64,000 bases of DNA from the sequence record MN850645.1, one strand, 5' to 3'. Below, in pieces: positions 33,827-42,700 of the stretch; position 1 is the first letter of the stretch; the number at the start of each line of letters is the position of its first letter. The DNA comes from Escherichia phage outra. Under the pieces are notes generated by a model, which saw only the letters and a program-made list of their open reading frames with translations, did no database searches and was not told the origin of the DNA. The position numbers and the translations under genes are program-made.

Positions 33827-35233
33827 ATGGCAACTTTTCGTGATAAGGTAGTTTCCGTAACCCTTACCTACGGTGCTACTTCAATTAGTGAAACACAGTT
33901 TGATATCCCTCTAATTCTTACAGGGCATAACGTTACTGGCAATCTTGTAGATTATTTCACTTCTTCAGACGCACTTCTGCAAGCAGGTTTTGGCACTGCC
34001 GATCCAGCTTATAAAATGGCAAAACTACTATTTGACGGTCTGTTCGCACCAGAACAAGTTATCGTCGGTAAGCGTGATGTTTCTAAAACAACTCTAACTC
34101 CAGTAGTTGAAGATAGTGCAACTTACGTTATCACTATTAAAGCAAATTCAAAAAGCAAGGACTTCAAGTTTGTTGCCGATGATACTGCAACTGCTCAAGA
34201 GATTGTTGTTGGTTTAACAGAAATGATCAACGCAGACGTAGTGTATAAAGAATTTTTCACTGTGTCAAACGATGGTAGTGTTATCACTGTAACCCCAGTT
34301 GCAGGTAAATACGCTACTATGGATAGTTCAGGATTCACAACTAACGTAGAATATGCAAATGATATCTTAGAAGATATTGCTAAAATTGCAGACTATGAAA
34401 ACAGTTGGTTCTGGTTACTATCTGATTCTCACGCAGAACAAGATATTATCGATCTAGCAGGTTATGTAGAAGAGCACGATAAAGTGTATTTCTTCTCTAC
34501 CTCACAACCAGGTGTTCTAACTAAAGAAGAAGATAACATTCTAGAACGCTTAGGTGATATGGGCTACAATAACACTTGTATGGCATTGTGGATGACTAAC
34601 GCTGACACAGTGTTCCCAGAGGCTGCTGTAGTTGGTTCTATCTGCTCTGCAACACCAGGTACTACTACCCTGCATGGTAAAACCCTTGTTGGTATCGAGA
34701 TTGAAAAACTTGGTCAGACAGCAGAAAACTTTATCGTTCAACAGAATGGTAATATTTACCGTAAAGAACACGGTGTTCTGTTCTACCGTGATGGCTTCAT
34801 GGTTAGTGGTTTCTATGTTGACTATGTGGTACACGCTCTGTGGTTCAAAGCTCGCGTAGAAGAATCTCTGTTCGCTCTATTCAAACAGCAATCTATGCTT
34901 GGTAGTGGTGTTAGAGCAACTTCTGCTGGTCTTGCTTTGATTCGTCAAGCTGTTACTGCAAACCCAATCCAAGTAGGTATTAACAATGGTTCTATTGCCA
35001 ATGAGGTAGTAACTTCAGAGGAAACAGGACTTCTGGTAAGCCTTAAACCTACTATCTATATCCCATCTCGTGCAGATATGACTGATGCTCAAATCAATGC
35101 ACGTTTGGTTGATGGTATGGTTATTGAATACGTATATGCTGGATTCTTCCACTATGTTAAAGTGCAGGTAAACGTTCTGACGAACCGCACTGCAAATAGC
35201 CAGAATTCCAATAGCTCTACTGTATCTTCATAA
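33827..35233 (+). CDS. tail sheath protein (putative)
   Basis: 468 aa followed by a 159-aa tube-sized gene, chaperone pair and tape measure: canonical contractile-tail gene order; biased codon usage. Confidence 0.55.
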   Translation: MATFRDKVVSVTLTYGATSISETQFDIPLILTGHNVTGNLVDYFTSSDALLQAGFGTADPAYKMAKLLFDGLFAPEQVIVGKRDVSKTTLTPVVEDSATYVITIKANSKSKDFKFVADDTATAQEIVVGLTEMINADVVYKEFFTVSNDGSVITVTPVAGKYATMDSSGFTTNVEYANDILEDIAKIADYENSWFWLLSDSHAEQDIIDLAGYVEEHDKVYFFSTSQPGVLTKEEDNILERLGDMGYNNTCMALWMTNADTVFPEAAVVGSICSATPGTTTLHGKTLVGIEIEKLGQTAENFIVQQNGNIYRKEHGVLFYRDGFMVSGFYVDYVVHALWFKARVEESLFALFKQQSMLGSGVRATSAGLALIRQAVTANPIQVGINNGSIANEVVTSEETGLLVSLKPTIYIPSRADMTDAQINARLVDGMVIEYVYAGFFHYVKVQVNVLTNRTANSQNSNSSTVSS

Positions 35234-35239
35234 TTAAAA

Positions 35240-35262
35240 GCAGCGGGGGAAACCCCGCTTAT
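35240..35262 (+). terminator. hairpin terminator/attenuator after sheath gene
   Basis: AGCGGGGG-AAA-CCCCGCT hairpin; weak T-tract. Confidence 0.4.
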
Positions 35263-35291
35263 ATGAAAAGTAGTATAAAAGGAGATCCACT

Positions 35292-35771
35292 TTGGATAAA
35301 ATGCTTACTGGCGTAATGGCCTATGATCCTTCTCAAGTAATCCTGTCTTTGGGTGGTTGGGAACCTTGGGGTTTCGCCGCAGATACCAAAATTGTTATTA
35401 ACAAAACTAACGATATCATCAACCCATATTCAGGTACTGATGGTGACGTTTCCTTGGCTCTTAGTCGTAACCGTTTAGGTACGCTAACAATGTCACTGCA
35501 ACGTACTTCCCCAGCAAACGAAGTTCTTGCTGCTTATGCACAAACGATGTATTCTACTCGTCAAGTAGCATTTAGCGTATATCTAGAAGACCCTCGCGGA
35601 TATTATATCAGCACAATTGGTTGGATTCAAAGCCAACCGGACGACACTATTGGTGAAACTATTCAAGAAAACCAATGGGTAATTGGTCTTAAAGATGCAA
35701 GCCTACTTCGTTCTACTGTAGGTGTTGGTGTTAACGCACTTAACTCTATTAGTGCTCTAACTATTCAGTAA
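35292..35771 (+). CDS. tail tube protein (putative)
   Basis: 159 aa directly after sheath-sized gene; followed by terminator. Confidence 0.5.
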   Translation: MDKMLTGVMAYDPSQVILSLGGWEPWGFAADTKIVINKTNDIINPYSGTDGDVSLALSRNRLGTLTMSLQRTSPANEVLAAYAQTMYSTRQVAFSVYLEDPRGYYISTIGWIQSQPDDTIGETIQENQWVIGLKDASLLRSTVGVGVNALNSISALTIQ

Positions 35772-35774
35772 TAA

Positions 35775-35800
35775 AAAGGGCAGAAATGCCCTTTATTTTT
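35775..35800 (+). terminator. rho-independent terminator
   Basis: AAGGGCA-GAAA-TGCCCTT then TATTTTT. Confidence 0.55.
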
Positions 35801-35814
35801 AAAGAGAGGAAATA

Positions 35815-36297
35815 ATGGAACAACAAAAAGATAATACTATTGCAAAATTTGCTCGTCCAGAAGTAATGGTTGAAATTGATCTGGATGAAGGACGCAGTGT
35901 AAAATTTAGAGTTCTCAAGTGGAGTCCAACTAAAGTTTTTGAAAGGATTCCAGAACTAGGTAGTGTACTAGCTGTTCCTATGACAATGTATAATACTGCT
36001 CTTATGTCAGCAGATGAAGATCTAGAAGCTCGTATTGCTATGGCGCTGATCCAGTTATTCAGTGGTCTGGAAGAAAAAAACTTAGCCGCATTCTTACGTA
36101 AAATTTTAGATGAAGTTTACACAGAAGCAGGTCATAGTGTTTCCGATAATTTTGATGAATTGTTTTTTGCTCACCCAGAATTAGTTGTTGATTTAGCTGC
36201 AAAAGTTCTTGAGGTGAACTATGCCCCTTTTTTCAAACGAGGTTTCGGAAAACTGTTGACCCAATTTCAAGGAATAGAGACTCTAGCGAAGAGTTAA
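35815..36297 (+). CDS. tail assembly chaperone (gpG-like, putative)
   Basis: 160 aa immediately upstream of tape measure; slippery-like TTTTTTC near 3' end; -1 frame stays open into next ORF. Confidence 0.45.
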   Translation: MEQQKDNTIAKFARPEVMVEIDLDEGRSVKFRVLKWSPTKVFERIPELGSVLAVPMTMYNTALMSADEDLEARIAMALIQLFSGLEEKNLAAFLRKILDEVYTEAGHSVSDNFDELFFAHPELVVDLAAKVLEVNYAPFFKRGFGKLLTQFQGIETLAKS

Positions 36298-36344
36298 GTC
36301 CGGCAATTAAATCAGCAATTGAAATTGCCTCACAAACCCTTAGC

Positions 36345-36572
36345 TTGACATGGTATGAAGTAATTCTTTGTAAGGTAGTTAAGAATACCTCCGAAACCTT
36401 GTCCTCGTTAGATAATTACGGTGTAGATTATCTACTTAAAATTTATGAATATTTAACATTTGAAGACTATGTACAAGATCTTCACGTTAAAGATGCGGAT
36501 ATTAAACGTGGTCAACAGAGAACAATAAGAGAACTGGATACGGCTATGAAAAAATTAATTCCAGATTCATAA
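36345..36572 (+). CDS. probable frameshift extension of tail assembly chaperone (gpGT-like)
   Basis: Starts at TTG with no RBS; frame is -1 relative to upstream chaperone and open back into it. Confidence 0.4.
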   Translation: MTWYEVILCKVVKNTSETLSSLDNYGVDYLLKIYEYLTFEDYVQDLHVKDADIKRGQQRTIRELDTAMKKLIPDS

Positions 36573-36591
36573 GTAATACGGAGGATTACCC

Positions 36592-38571
36592 TTGTTAGAA
36601 ATTAACACTTCCAAGATTAAGAATACAGTAACGTTTACTGTAGATAAAGACAGTTTAAAAAATACTAAAGACGCAATTAAAAACCTTAAAACTTTTACAG
36701 AATCTATTGAACCATCTTTAAATATGACTAAAATGCGTCGTCAGTTTAAAAGTATGGAAGAGTATGCTAAAAGAATAAGGCAGCAAATGTCAGGTCTTGG
36801 CGGCGGTAATCCTCCACCAATCCCACCAACCGGAGGTTCAAGTGGTGGTGGAAAAGGAGGAAGTGGCAGAGGTGGTTCTGGATCTTCTGGAGGACGTAAG
36901 ACACCGGAGGAAAGAGCCGCAGAAGCCGCCGCTAAACGTGCAGCACTTGCTAATATGAAGCAAGACGATTTTAGTTTTAAAGCTATGCCTTTTACAAAAG
37001 CAGACAGTAGAATTCTAGAAAAATCTAAAAAGATTGTAGAAGAAACTGTTGAACTTTATCGTAAAGGCGTGATTACTAGCCAACAAATGAACAATACTTT
37101 GGCTAGACAGTTAGAAGAACTACGCAGATCTCATAGAGAGAAGAATGCACAACTTCTTGATGAAGAGAGAGCTAGACGTAGAATTGCCCGTCTGCAAGAA
37201 GCAGAAGATAAAAGAAGACAGCGTGTTCGAGAAAGAGAAAGAAAGGAGTTCGAACGTCAGCAAAGGAGGGAAAAAGAAGCAAGACAGCGAGATAGACAAC
37301 GTAAGTTATCTGGTGTAGGTAATGCTGCTATTGCTCTTAACCCTGCTATGTTTGGTGCTGCTCTTTTAGGTGCTGGTTTATATCAAGGCATAAGCAAAAT
37401 AGCTGAAAGCATCACAACTGCGGCAGAACGTATTAATATGGTTAGTAAAGGTGGTCAGAACGTACAGGTAAACCCTAATGCAATTTTAACAATGCGTACT
37501 TGGGGTGAGATGAACGGTGTAGACTCTGCCAGCATTATTAAAGCCATTGACAATATTAAAGACGTTCGTGAACGTTTAGGTAATACTGTACTCCACTCTG
37601 AATTTGATGAAAAATCAGGTAAATGGAAAGGTGGAGATAGTGGTATTAATGAAATCATGAACCAATTTGGTTGGTCGAAAGAAGATGTTGCTAAATTCCA
37701 GAACAGACCTTTAGACTTTGTTCAAGCACTTGTTAATGAAGGTCAAAAAAGAGGAATGAACTCCGCGCAAATTGGTCGTTTGATGGAAAACCTTGGTGAT
37801 GACTTAATGCACTACCAACGTATGTTTTTGGATAACGGTAAAGAGTACATGAAAGTCTTGGATATGTTAAAAAATTCAGGAGCCACTCTTAACGATGAAA
37901 ACATCAAAGCAGCACAAGATTTTGTTAAGCTAAGAGCACAAATTAGTGCAGCAGGAGAAGGTTTTACCAATAACTTACTTATAGGATTTATGGATGGTTT
38001 AAAATCTGCACCAGATTTTGCAGAGAATATGAAAACTTTCCAAGAAGCTGCTCGTGGTCTTGGTGAAATGTCTGGTAGTATTGTAAGTAGCCTTGCAAAA
38101 ATTGCGAAATATTTCCTTGATTTTTCAAATAAGGTTGGGCCAAAAAACAATACTAAAGAAGCTGTAAGAGATTATTATAATGGTACGCAGTATGGGTACG
38201 ATGCACAGGTTGGTGGTAATCCTTGGGCTTATTGGCCTATTGGAAGAGATCAACATCTGCCTGAAAATCAACCTTTAGGTAACTTTGATAGTAGTTTCTT
38301 AACTAGTGCCTTAAATCCAAGTGCTTCTAGTATTGGTTACAATAGACCTGATTTAACAGCATCTATGCTAACACCACGCCAAGGTGTTCCAGTACCGTTA
38401 AGTGTAGAGAATACGGTTGTTATCCCAGACAACGCATTCCAGATTAATGTTATTCCAGATGGCTATGGTTTTAGTAATTATCTAGATGCGACAATGAATA
38501 CCAGTTTTAGTAACTTCTCACAAGGTTTAACTCTTCAGTTAAGCAGTGGACAATCTTCTACTGGTGGTTAA
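36592..38571 (+). CDS. tail tape measure protein
   Basis: 659 aa after chaperone pair; Gly-rich low-complexity and RE/RQ-rich charged helical segments; followed by terminator. Confidence 0.6.
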   Translation: MLEINTSKIKNTVTFTVDKDSLKNTKDAIKNLKTFTESIEPSLNMTKMRRQFKSMEEYAKRIRQQMSGLGGGNPPPIPPTGGSSGGGKGGSGRGGSGSSGGRKTPEERAAEAAAKRAALANMKQDDFSFKAMPFTKADSRILEKSKKIVEETVELYRKGVITSQQMNNTLARQLEELRRSHREKNAQLLDEERARRRIARLQEAEDKRRQRVRERERKEFERQQRREKEARQRDRQRKLSGVGNAAIALNPAMFGAALLGAGLYQGISKIAESITTAAERINMVSKGGQNVQVNPNAILTMRTWGEMNGVDSASIIKAIDNIKDVRERLGNTVLHSEFDEKSGKWKGGDSGINEIMNQFGWSKEDVAKFQNRPLDFVQALVNEGQKRGMNSAQIGRLMENLGDDLMHYQRMFLDNGKEYMKVLDMLKNSGATLNDENIKAAQDFVKLRAQISAAGEGFTNNLLIGFMDGLKSAPDFAENMKTFQEAARGLGEMSGSIVSSLAKIAKYFLDFSNKVGPKNNTKEAVRDYYNGTQYGYDAQVGGNPWAYWPIGRDQHLPENQPLGNFDSSFLTSALNPSASSIGYNRPDLTASMLTPRQGVPVPLSVENTVVIPDNAFQINVIPDGYGFSNYLDATMNTSFSNFSQGLTLQLSSGQSSTGG

Positions 38572-38577
38572 TGCATA

Positions 38578-38606
38578 AAGCCTCGCTTCGGCGGGGCTTT
38601 TTATTT
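38578..38606 (+). terminator. rho-independent terminator after tape measure
   Basis: GCCTCGC-TTCG-GCGGGGC hairpin + TTTTTATTT. Confidence 0.6.
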
Positions 38607-38609
38607 GTC

Positions 38610-38639
38610 TTGACAAAGAGTTGTTTTTCGTGATAAAAT
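38610..38639 (+). promoter_or_regulatory. sigma70-like promoter (CTTGACAAAGAG...-N-TAAAAT)
   Basis: Shares CTTGACAAAGAG core with promoter at 21440. Confidence 0.4.
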
Positions 38640-38686
38640 GAGTGATAAGGGAGAATGTTTCTTATCACATTAAGAGGTAAAATTAT

Positions 38687-39397
38687 ATGGCAGCAAACAC
38701 TCCAGAACAACACGTTCAAGCGGTTTATAAAGCGGAACAAGATATAAATTCTACAAAAAACACAAATAACTCTGCCTCTACTGTGAAAGGGGAGAATGGT
38801 TTTTGTATTTTAGCAAGTGTTTACAATAGTGCAAGTGATCAATATATTCAAAACTACCAAGCTATAGTTTTTGATGCTGTTCCAAATATCGGTGTAAAAC
38901 GTCAAGCAGATGTTACTAGCTATCCTGTAGAAAATGGTGCTAATGTATCGGATCACGTTCAAGTTAAGAATAATACTTTCTCTTTATCAGGAATGATTAC
39001 AGAGACACCTGTAAGATTGATGCGAGATATGCTATATAGTGCTGGTGTTAACGGTACTCGTATCAGTCAAGCAATTACTTATTTAGATAAAATATTTGAT
39101 GAAAGACAGCCTATCATCTTAATAACAGAACATAAAGTTTATGAGAATGTTATTTTGAAAGGTATTTCTTATGAATATCAAACAGAATATGCAATGCAAT
39201 TTGACTTGGAATTTGAACAAGTAAGATTAGTTTCTTACGGGGAAACAAATGCTATTGCACTTAAGACAAAACCAAATAAGAATACAGGTGTTAAAAACAA
39301 GAAAGGTACTAGTCCAGATGCTGATTTGGATGCAAGAACAGGGAAAGCAACTGGTACAGAACATCTTAGTGATCACAGTGCAGATGGTAAAAAATAA
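38687..39397 (+). CDS. tail/baseplate structural protein (236 aa)
   Basis: Position after tape measure. Confidence 0.4.
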   Translation: MAANTPEQHVQAVYKAEQDINSTKNTNNSASTVKGENGFCILASVYNSASDQYIQNYQAIVFDAVPNIGVKRQADVTSYPVENGANVSDHVQVKNNTFSLSGMITETPVRLMRDMLYSAGVNGTRISQAITYLDKIFDERQPIILITEHKVYENVILKGISYEYQTEYAMQFDLEFEQVRLVSYGETNAIALKTKPNKNTGVKNKKGTSPDADLDARTGKATGTEHLSDHSADGKK

Positions 39398-39408
39398 GGA
39401 GAAAATTT

Positions 39409-39828
39409 TTGGCTATTTCATCTTATTCAAAGATCAGTAGAAGCACATCTAATAGTGGCTACAATGCAGTATTTATTGATCGAAATTTAGGTTATTATTC
39501 TTGGTACTTACCTACAGAACAGTACCCAGACCAAACATATACAGTAACTCTCGATGGAGTAGATTATGATATACGTTTGAGATGGAATACAAGAGATCAA
39601 GCGTGGCAAATGCAATTAGGGTTATCAGGAGACAACCCTAGTGTAACTTTTAAAGTAACCAATGGTTTAGATCTTCTAGAACCATATAAGTATATAGAAT
39701 CTGTGCCGGATGGTCAACTTTATTTGGTAGATACTGTTAAAATAAATGGTAGACCTAATTACTATGACACAGGTGTAGATAAAAGATTTGCTTTGGTTTA
39801 TATCGACGCTCTTCCATATCAAGCATGA
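39409..39828 (+). CDS. tail/baseplate structural protein (139 aa)
   Basis: Position. Confidence 0.4.
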   Translation: MAISSYSKISRSTSNSGYNAVFIDRNLGYYSWYLPTEQYPDQTYTVTLDGVDYDIRLRWNTRDQAWQMQLGLSGDNPSVTFKVTNGLDLLEPYKYIESVPDGQLYLVDTVKINGRPNYYDTGVDKRFALVYIDALPYQA

Positions 39829-39844
39829 TAAAAGGAGTTTTTAA

Positions 39845-40855
39845 ATGGCAGAAGAAAGAAATTACACAAAAGCTCCTGCACCCAATCTAAACAGAGCATA
39901 CAAACTGTTAATAGGTACAGCTACTAATACTAAAGAAAAAAGGACAAAAAATTCCTCTTTCAAATCTACAGTAGACTTAGATACTAAACTAGGGGATGCT
40001 AAAAAATCAACCCCTAATTTGTATGTTATTACGGAGCACCAAATATCTTTCACAATAAGAAAAGATAATAATAAAGATCCTAATCAAGCCGAGATAACTA
40101 TTTATAACCTAAGTGATGATACTGTTAATTATATTAACAAAGGTATTCGTAACAACTTGGCTGTTGCTTTGGCAGTAGGTTATGAAGGTCAAGAGTTAAT
40201 TATGATCTTTAAGGGAACGGTGCAATGGGTGAGTGATACTTTTAACAATACAGACAGACGTACAGTGTTACATTGTCTGGATGGTGGTATTAACATCTCC
40301 GAAGCAAGGACAAGCAGAAGTTATCCGAAAGGTACAAAAGTAAGTAAGGTTGTTAAAGATTTAGTTAAAGATTTAGGTACTACAGAAGGTAATATTCACG
40401 TAGACACAGAGAAAACTTTATCATCTGCAACAGCTATGTGTGGTAACACATCACATTACTTAGAAAGTATCTGTAAAGGTATTGATCATAATGTGTCAAT
40501 ACAAGATGGATCTGTTTACGTAACACCAAGATCACAAATGTCTAGTGCAAGATGCGCATATATTAGTGCAGAAACAGGTTTAATTGGTAGTCCAGAACCT
40601 TTCCACAACGATATTAAACCGACACAAAAAGTAACTAAATCTTCTAAGAAAGCTAAAAAGCCTACTGATGGTGTTAAGTTCAGATGTGAAATGAACGGTG
40701 CTATCTTACCAGAAAAAACTGTTTGGCTCAAGAGTCATAACTATGATGGTGGTTTTAAGGTGGTGTCTGTTGTTCATACAGGAGATAGGGAAGGTAAAGA
40801 CTGGACAACTGAAGTAGAGTCTGTATCTGTATCTGCAATTATTAAGAAGGGCTAG
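39845..40855 (+). CDS. baseplate hub-like protein (putative)
   Basis: 336 aa preceding spike-like gene. Confidence 0.4.
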   Translation: MAEERNYTKAPAPNLNRAYKLLIGTATNTKEKRTKNSSFKSTVDLDTKLGDAKKSTPNLYVITEHQISFTIRKDNNKDPNQAEITIYNLSDDTVNYINKGIRNNLAVALAVGYEGQELIMIFKGTVQWVSDTFNNTDRRTVLHCLDGGINISEARTSRSYPKGTKVSKVVKDLVKDLGTTEGNIHVDTEKTLSSATAMCGNTSHYLESICKGIDHNVSIQDGSVYVTPRSQMSSARCAYISAETGLIGSPEPFHNDIKPTQKVTKSSKKAKKPTDGVKFRCEMNGAILPEKTVWLKSHNYDGGFKVVSVVHTGDREGKDWTTEVESVSVSAIIKKG

Positions 40856-40857
40856 AA

Positions 40858-41595
40858 ATGGATGCTTTAAATTTTGTAACAGCAATCCGTGGATTAATCA
40901 ACGAACAAGTTGCGGAAGTACATACATCTTTACCTGTAAGGGTAATTGGTGTAGATTATGGATCTAAGACAGTAACTTTAGAATCTATCGTAAAAAATAC
41001 CAGATCTACTGAAGATGAAATAGATTACCCAACATTCCACGATGTTCCTTTTATGGTAAATGGTGGTGGTACAGGTAGAATTTCATTTCCAATTAAAGCA
41101 GGAGATATTGGTGTTGTTGTCTTTTCAGAAAGAGATCCGTCGAATGCTTTCCAGACAGACGGAGATACAGCCAGCAGCGGAACATTAATTCAACCTTGTG
41201 GTTTGTATCCAGCCTGTTTTATTCCTAAGATAGCAACAGCTACAGATTCTTCTGAAGAAGTAGACTCTGAAAAAGTTGTTATCTCAAATAATAAGCAAAC
41301 TTACGCTTCGTTTGATCCTAACGGTAATATATCTGTGTACAACACACAAGGTATGAAAATAGATATGACACCAAACAGTATCGTTCTTACTGATGCAGGA
41401 GGAGGAAAACTTACACTGCAAGGTGGGACTATGACATATAAAGGTGGTACTGTAAATTTAAACGGTTTAACAATCACACCTGACGGTCGTATGAAAGATA
41501 GTGGTGGCATTGGTTTACACACACATACACACCCTGTACGCGGTGTTGAAACTGGTGGTAGCACTGTTACTTCCGACAAACCAAATGGAGGTTAA
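40858..41595 (+). CDS. baseplate central spike protein (gpV-like, putative)
   Basis: C-terminal GGIGLHTHTHPV resembles the HxH metal-binding apex of spike proteins; Gly-rich beta region. Confidence 0.45.
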   Translation: MDALNFVTAIRGLINEQVAEVHTSLPVRVIGVDYGSKTVTLESIVKNTRSTEDEIDYPTFHDVPFMVNGGGTGRISFPIKAGDIGVVVFSERDPSNAFQTDGDTASSGTLIQPCGLYPACFIPKIATATDSSEEVDSEKVVISNNKQTYASFDPNGNISVYNTQGMKIDMTPNSIVLTDAGGGKLTLQGGTMTYKGGTVNLNGLTITPDGRMKDSGGIGLHTHTHPVRGVETGGSTVTSDKPNGG

Positions 41596-41598
41596 CAG

Positions 41599-42234
41599 AT
41601 GGGAATACCATTTGATTTAAAACTTGATGGTTCTAACGATTTAGTAATGGTGGATGGTGATTTAACACTAACCACAACTAAAAGTGAAATTGCAGCACAG
41701 ACGCTTGGAATAACACTTAGAACTTTCCGTGGAGAATGGTTCCTCAACTCTAATTTTGGGGTTCCATATCTGCAAGAGATTATTGGTGTTGCCAAGAAGA
41801 AAGAGATTGTTGATCGCATTTTCTTATCAACTATCGCAAGTAATGTTTATATAGATAATATCAATTCCTACACATCCTCTTATGATAGAGATGATAGGTA
41901 TTACTCAATGAATGTTACTGTTACAGTTGGTGAACAAGTTGTTAGTGCTCTATTCAGTACACAGCCGTCTGAAGAATATATCTATCCAGAAGCTGGTGAT
42001 GATAATGCAGCAATCACTTGTGAAGCATTTGAAATTGTTGAATCTGCAAATAGACTCTATCGCTTTATTAACATTGTTGGTCTTCCTAAAGATACTTATT
42101 CTACTTGGTGGAATGAGTGGTCTAACGAGGCATTGATTGAAAAATACCTTGTTAACGAAGCCAATAAAGGTCTTGCAACCAATTACAACTATGCTATAAC
42201 AGCAACAATGGGAGCTACAAATAATAATGGCTGA
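41599..42234 (+). CDS. baseplate assembly protein (gp25/W-like family, putative)
   Basis: N-terminal GITLRTFRGEWFLNSNFGVPY pattern typical of small baseplate wedge proteins. Confidence 0.4.
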   Translation: MGIPFDLKLDGSNDLVMVDGDLTLTTTKSEIAAQTLGITLRTFRGEWFLNSNFGVPYLQEIIGVAKKKEIVDRIFLSTIASNVYIDNINSYTSSYDRDDRYYSMNVTVTVGEQVVSALFSTQPSEEYIYPEAGDDNAAITCEAFEIVESANRLYRFINIVGLPKDTYSTWWNEWSNEALIEKYLVNEANKGLATNYNYAITATMGATNNNG

Positions 42235-42700
42235 TTTAACTACAATCAAGGTGTCTGATCTACCTGTAACAACATCTGTTTCAGACACAGATTATTTTGT
42301 AACAGATCAATCAGGCATCACTAAGAAAACATCCTTACGTGTTCTTCTTGCGGGTGCTGGTGTTACACGAAATCGTCTTTCTGCAAGGGGTACTGTTACA
42401 AATACCCTAGCTTTAGATATTAGCACGGCAGAGTATTTCTCTGCCACTTTATCTAGTCCAACTTGCAGTATTTCATTTAGTAATGTTCCAGTTACAACTA
42501 ACATTGTTCAAAACTTTACGCTATCCCTACGTCAAGGCAGTGGAGCAAATAAAGTAACGTGGCCTCAATCTGTTAAATGGAGTTTTGGTCGCGCTCCTGT
42601 TTTGAGTTATAAGCAGGGAGCTACAGATATTTTTGAATTTGTTAGTTATGATAATGGAGCTACCTGGATAGGTAGTTTAGTGATGGCAGGAGTGATTTAA
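42227..42700 (+). CDS. baseplate-associated protein (157 aa)
   Basis: Position; overlaps neighbours by a few nt. Confidence 0.4.
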   Translation: MADLTTIKVSDLPVTTSVSDTDYFVTDQSGITKKTSLRVLLAGAGVTRNRLSARGTVTNTLALDISTAEYFSATLSSPTCSISFSNVPVTTNIVQNFTLSLRQGSGANKVTWPQSVKWSFGRAPVLSYKQGATDIFEFVSYDNGATWIGSLVMAGVI

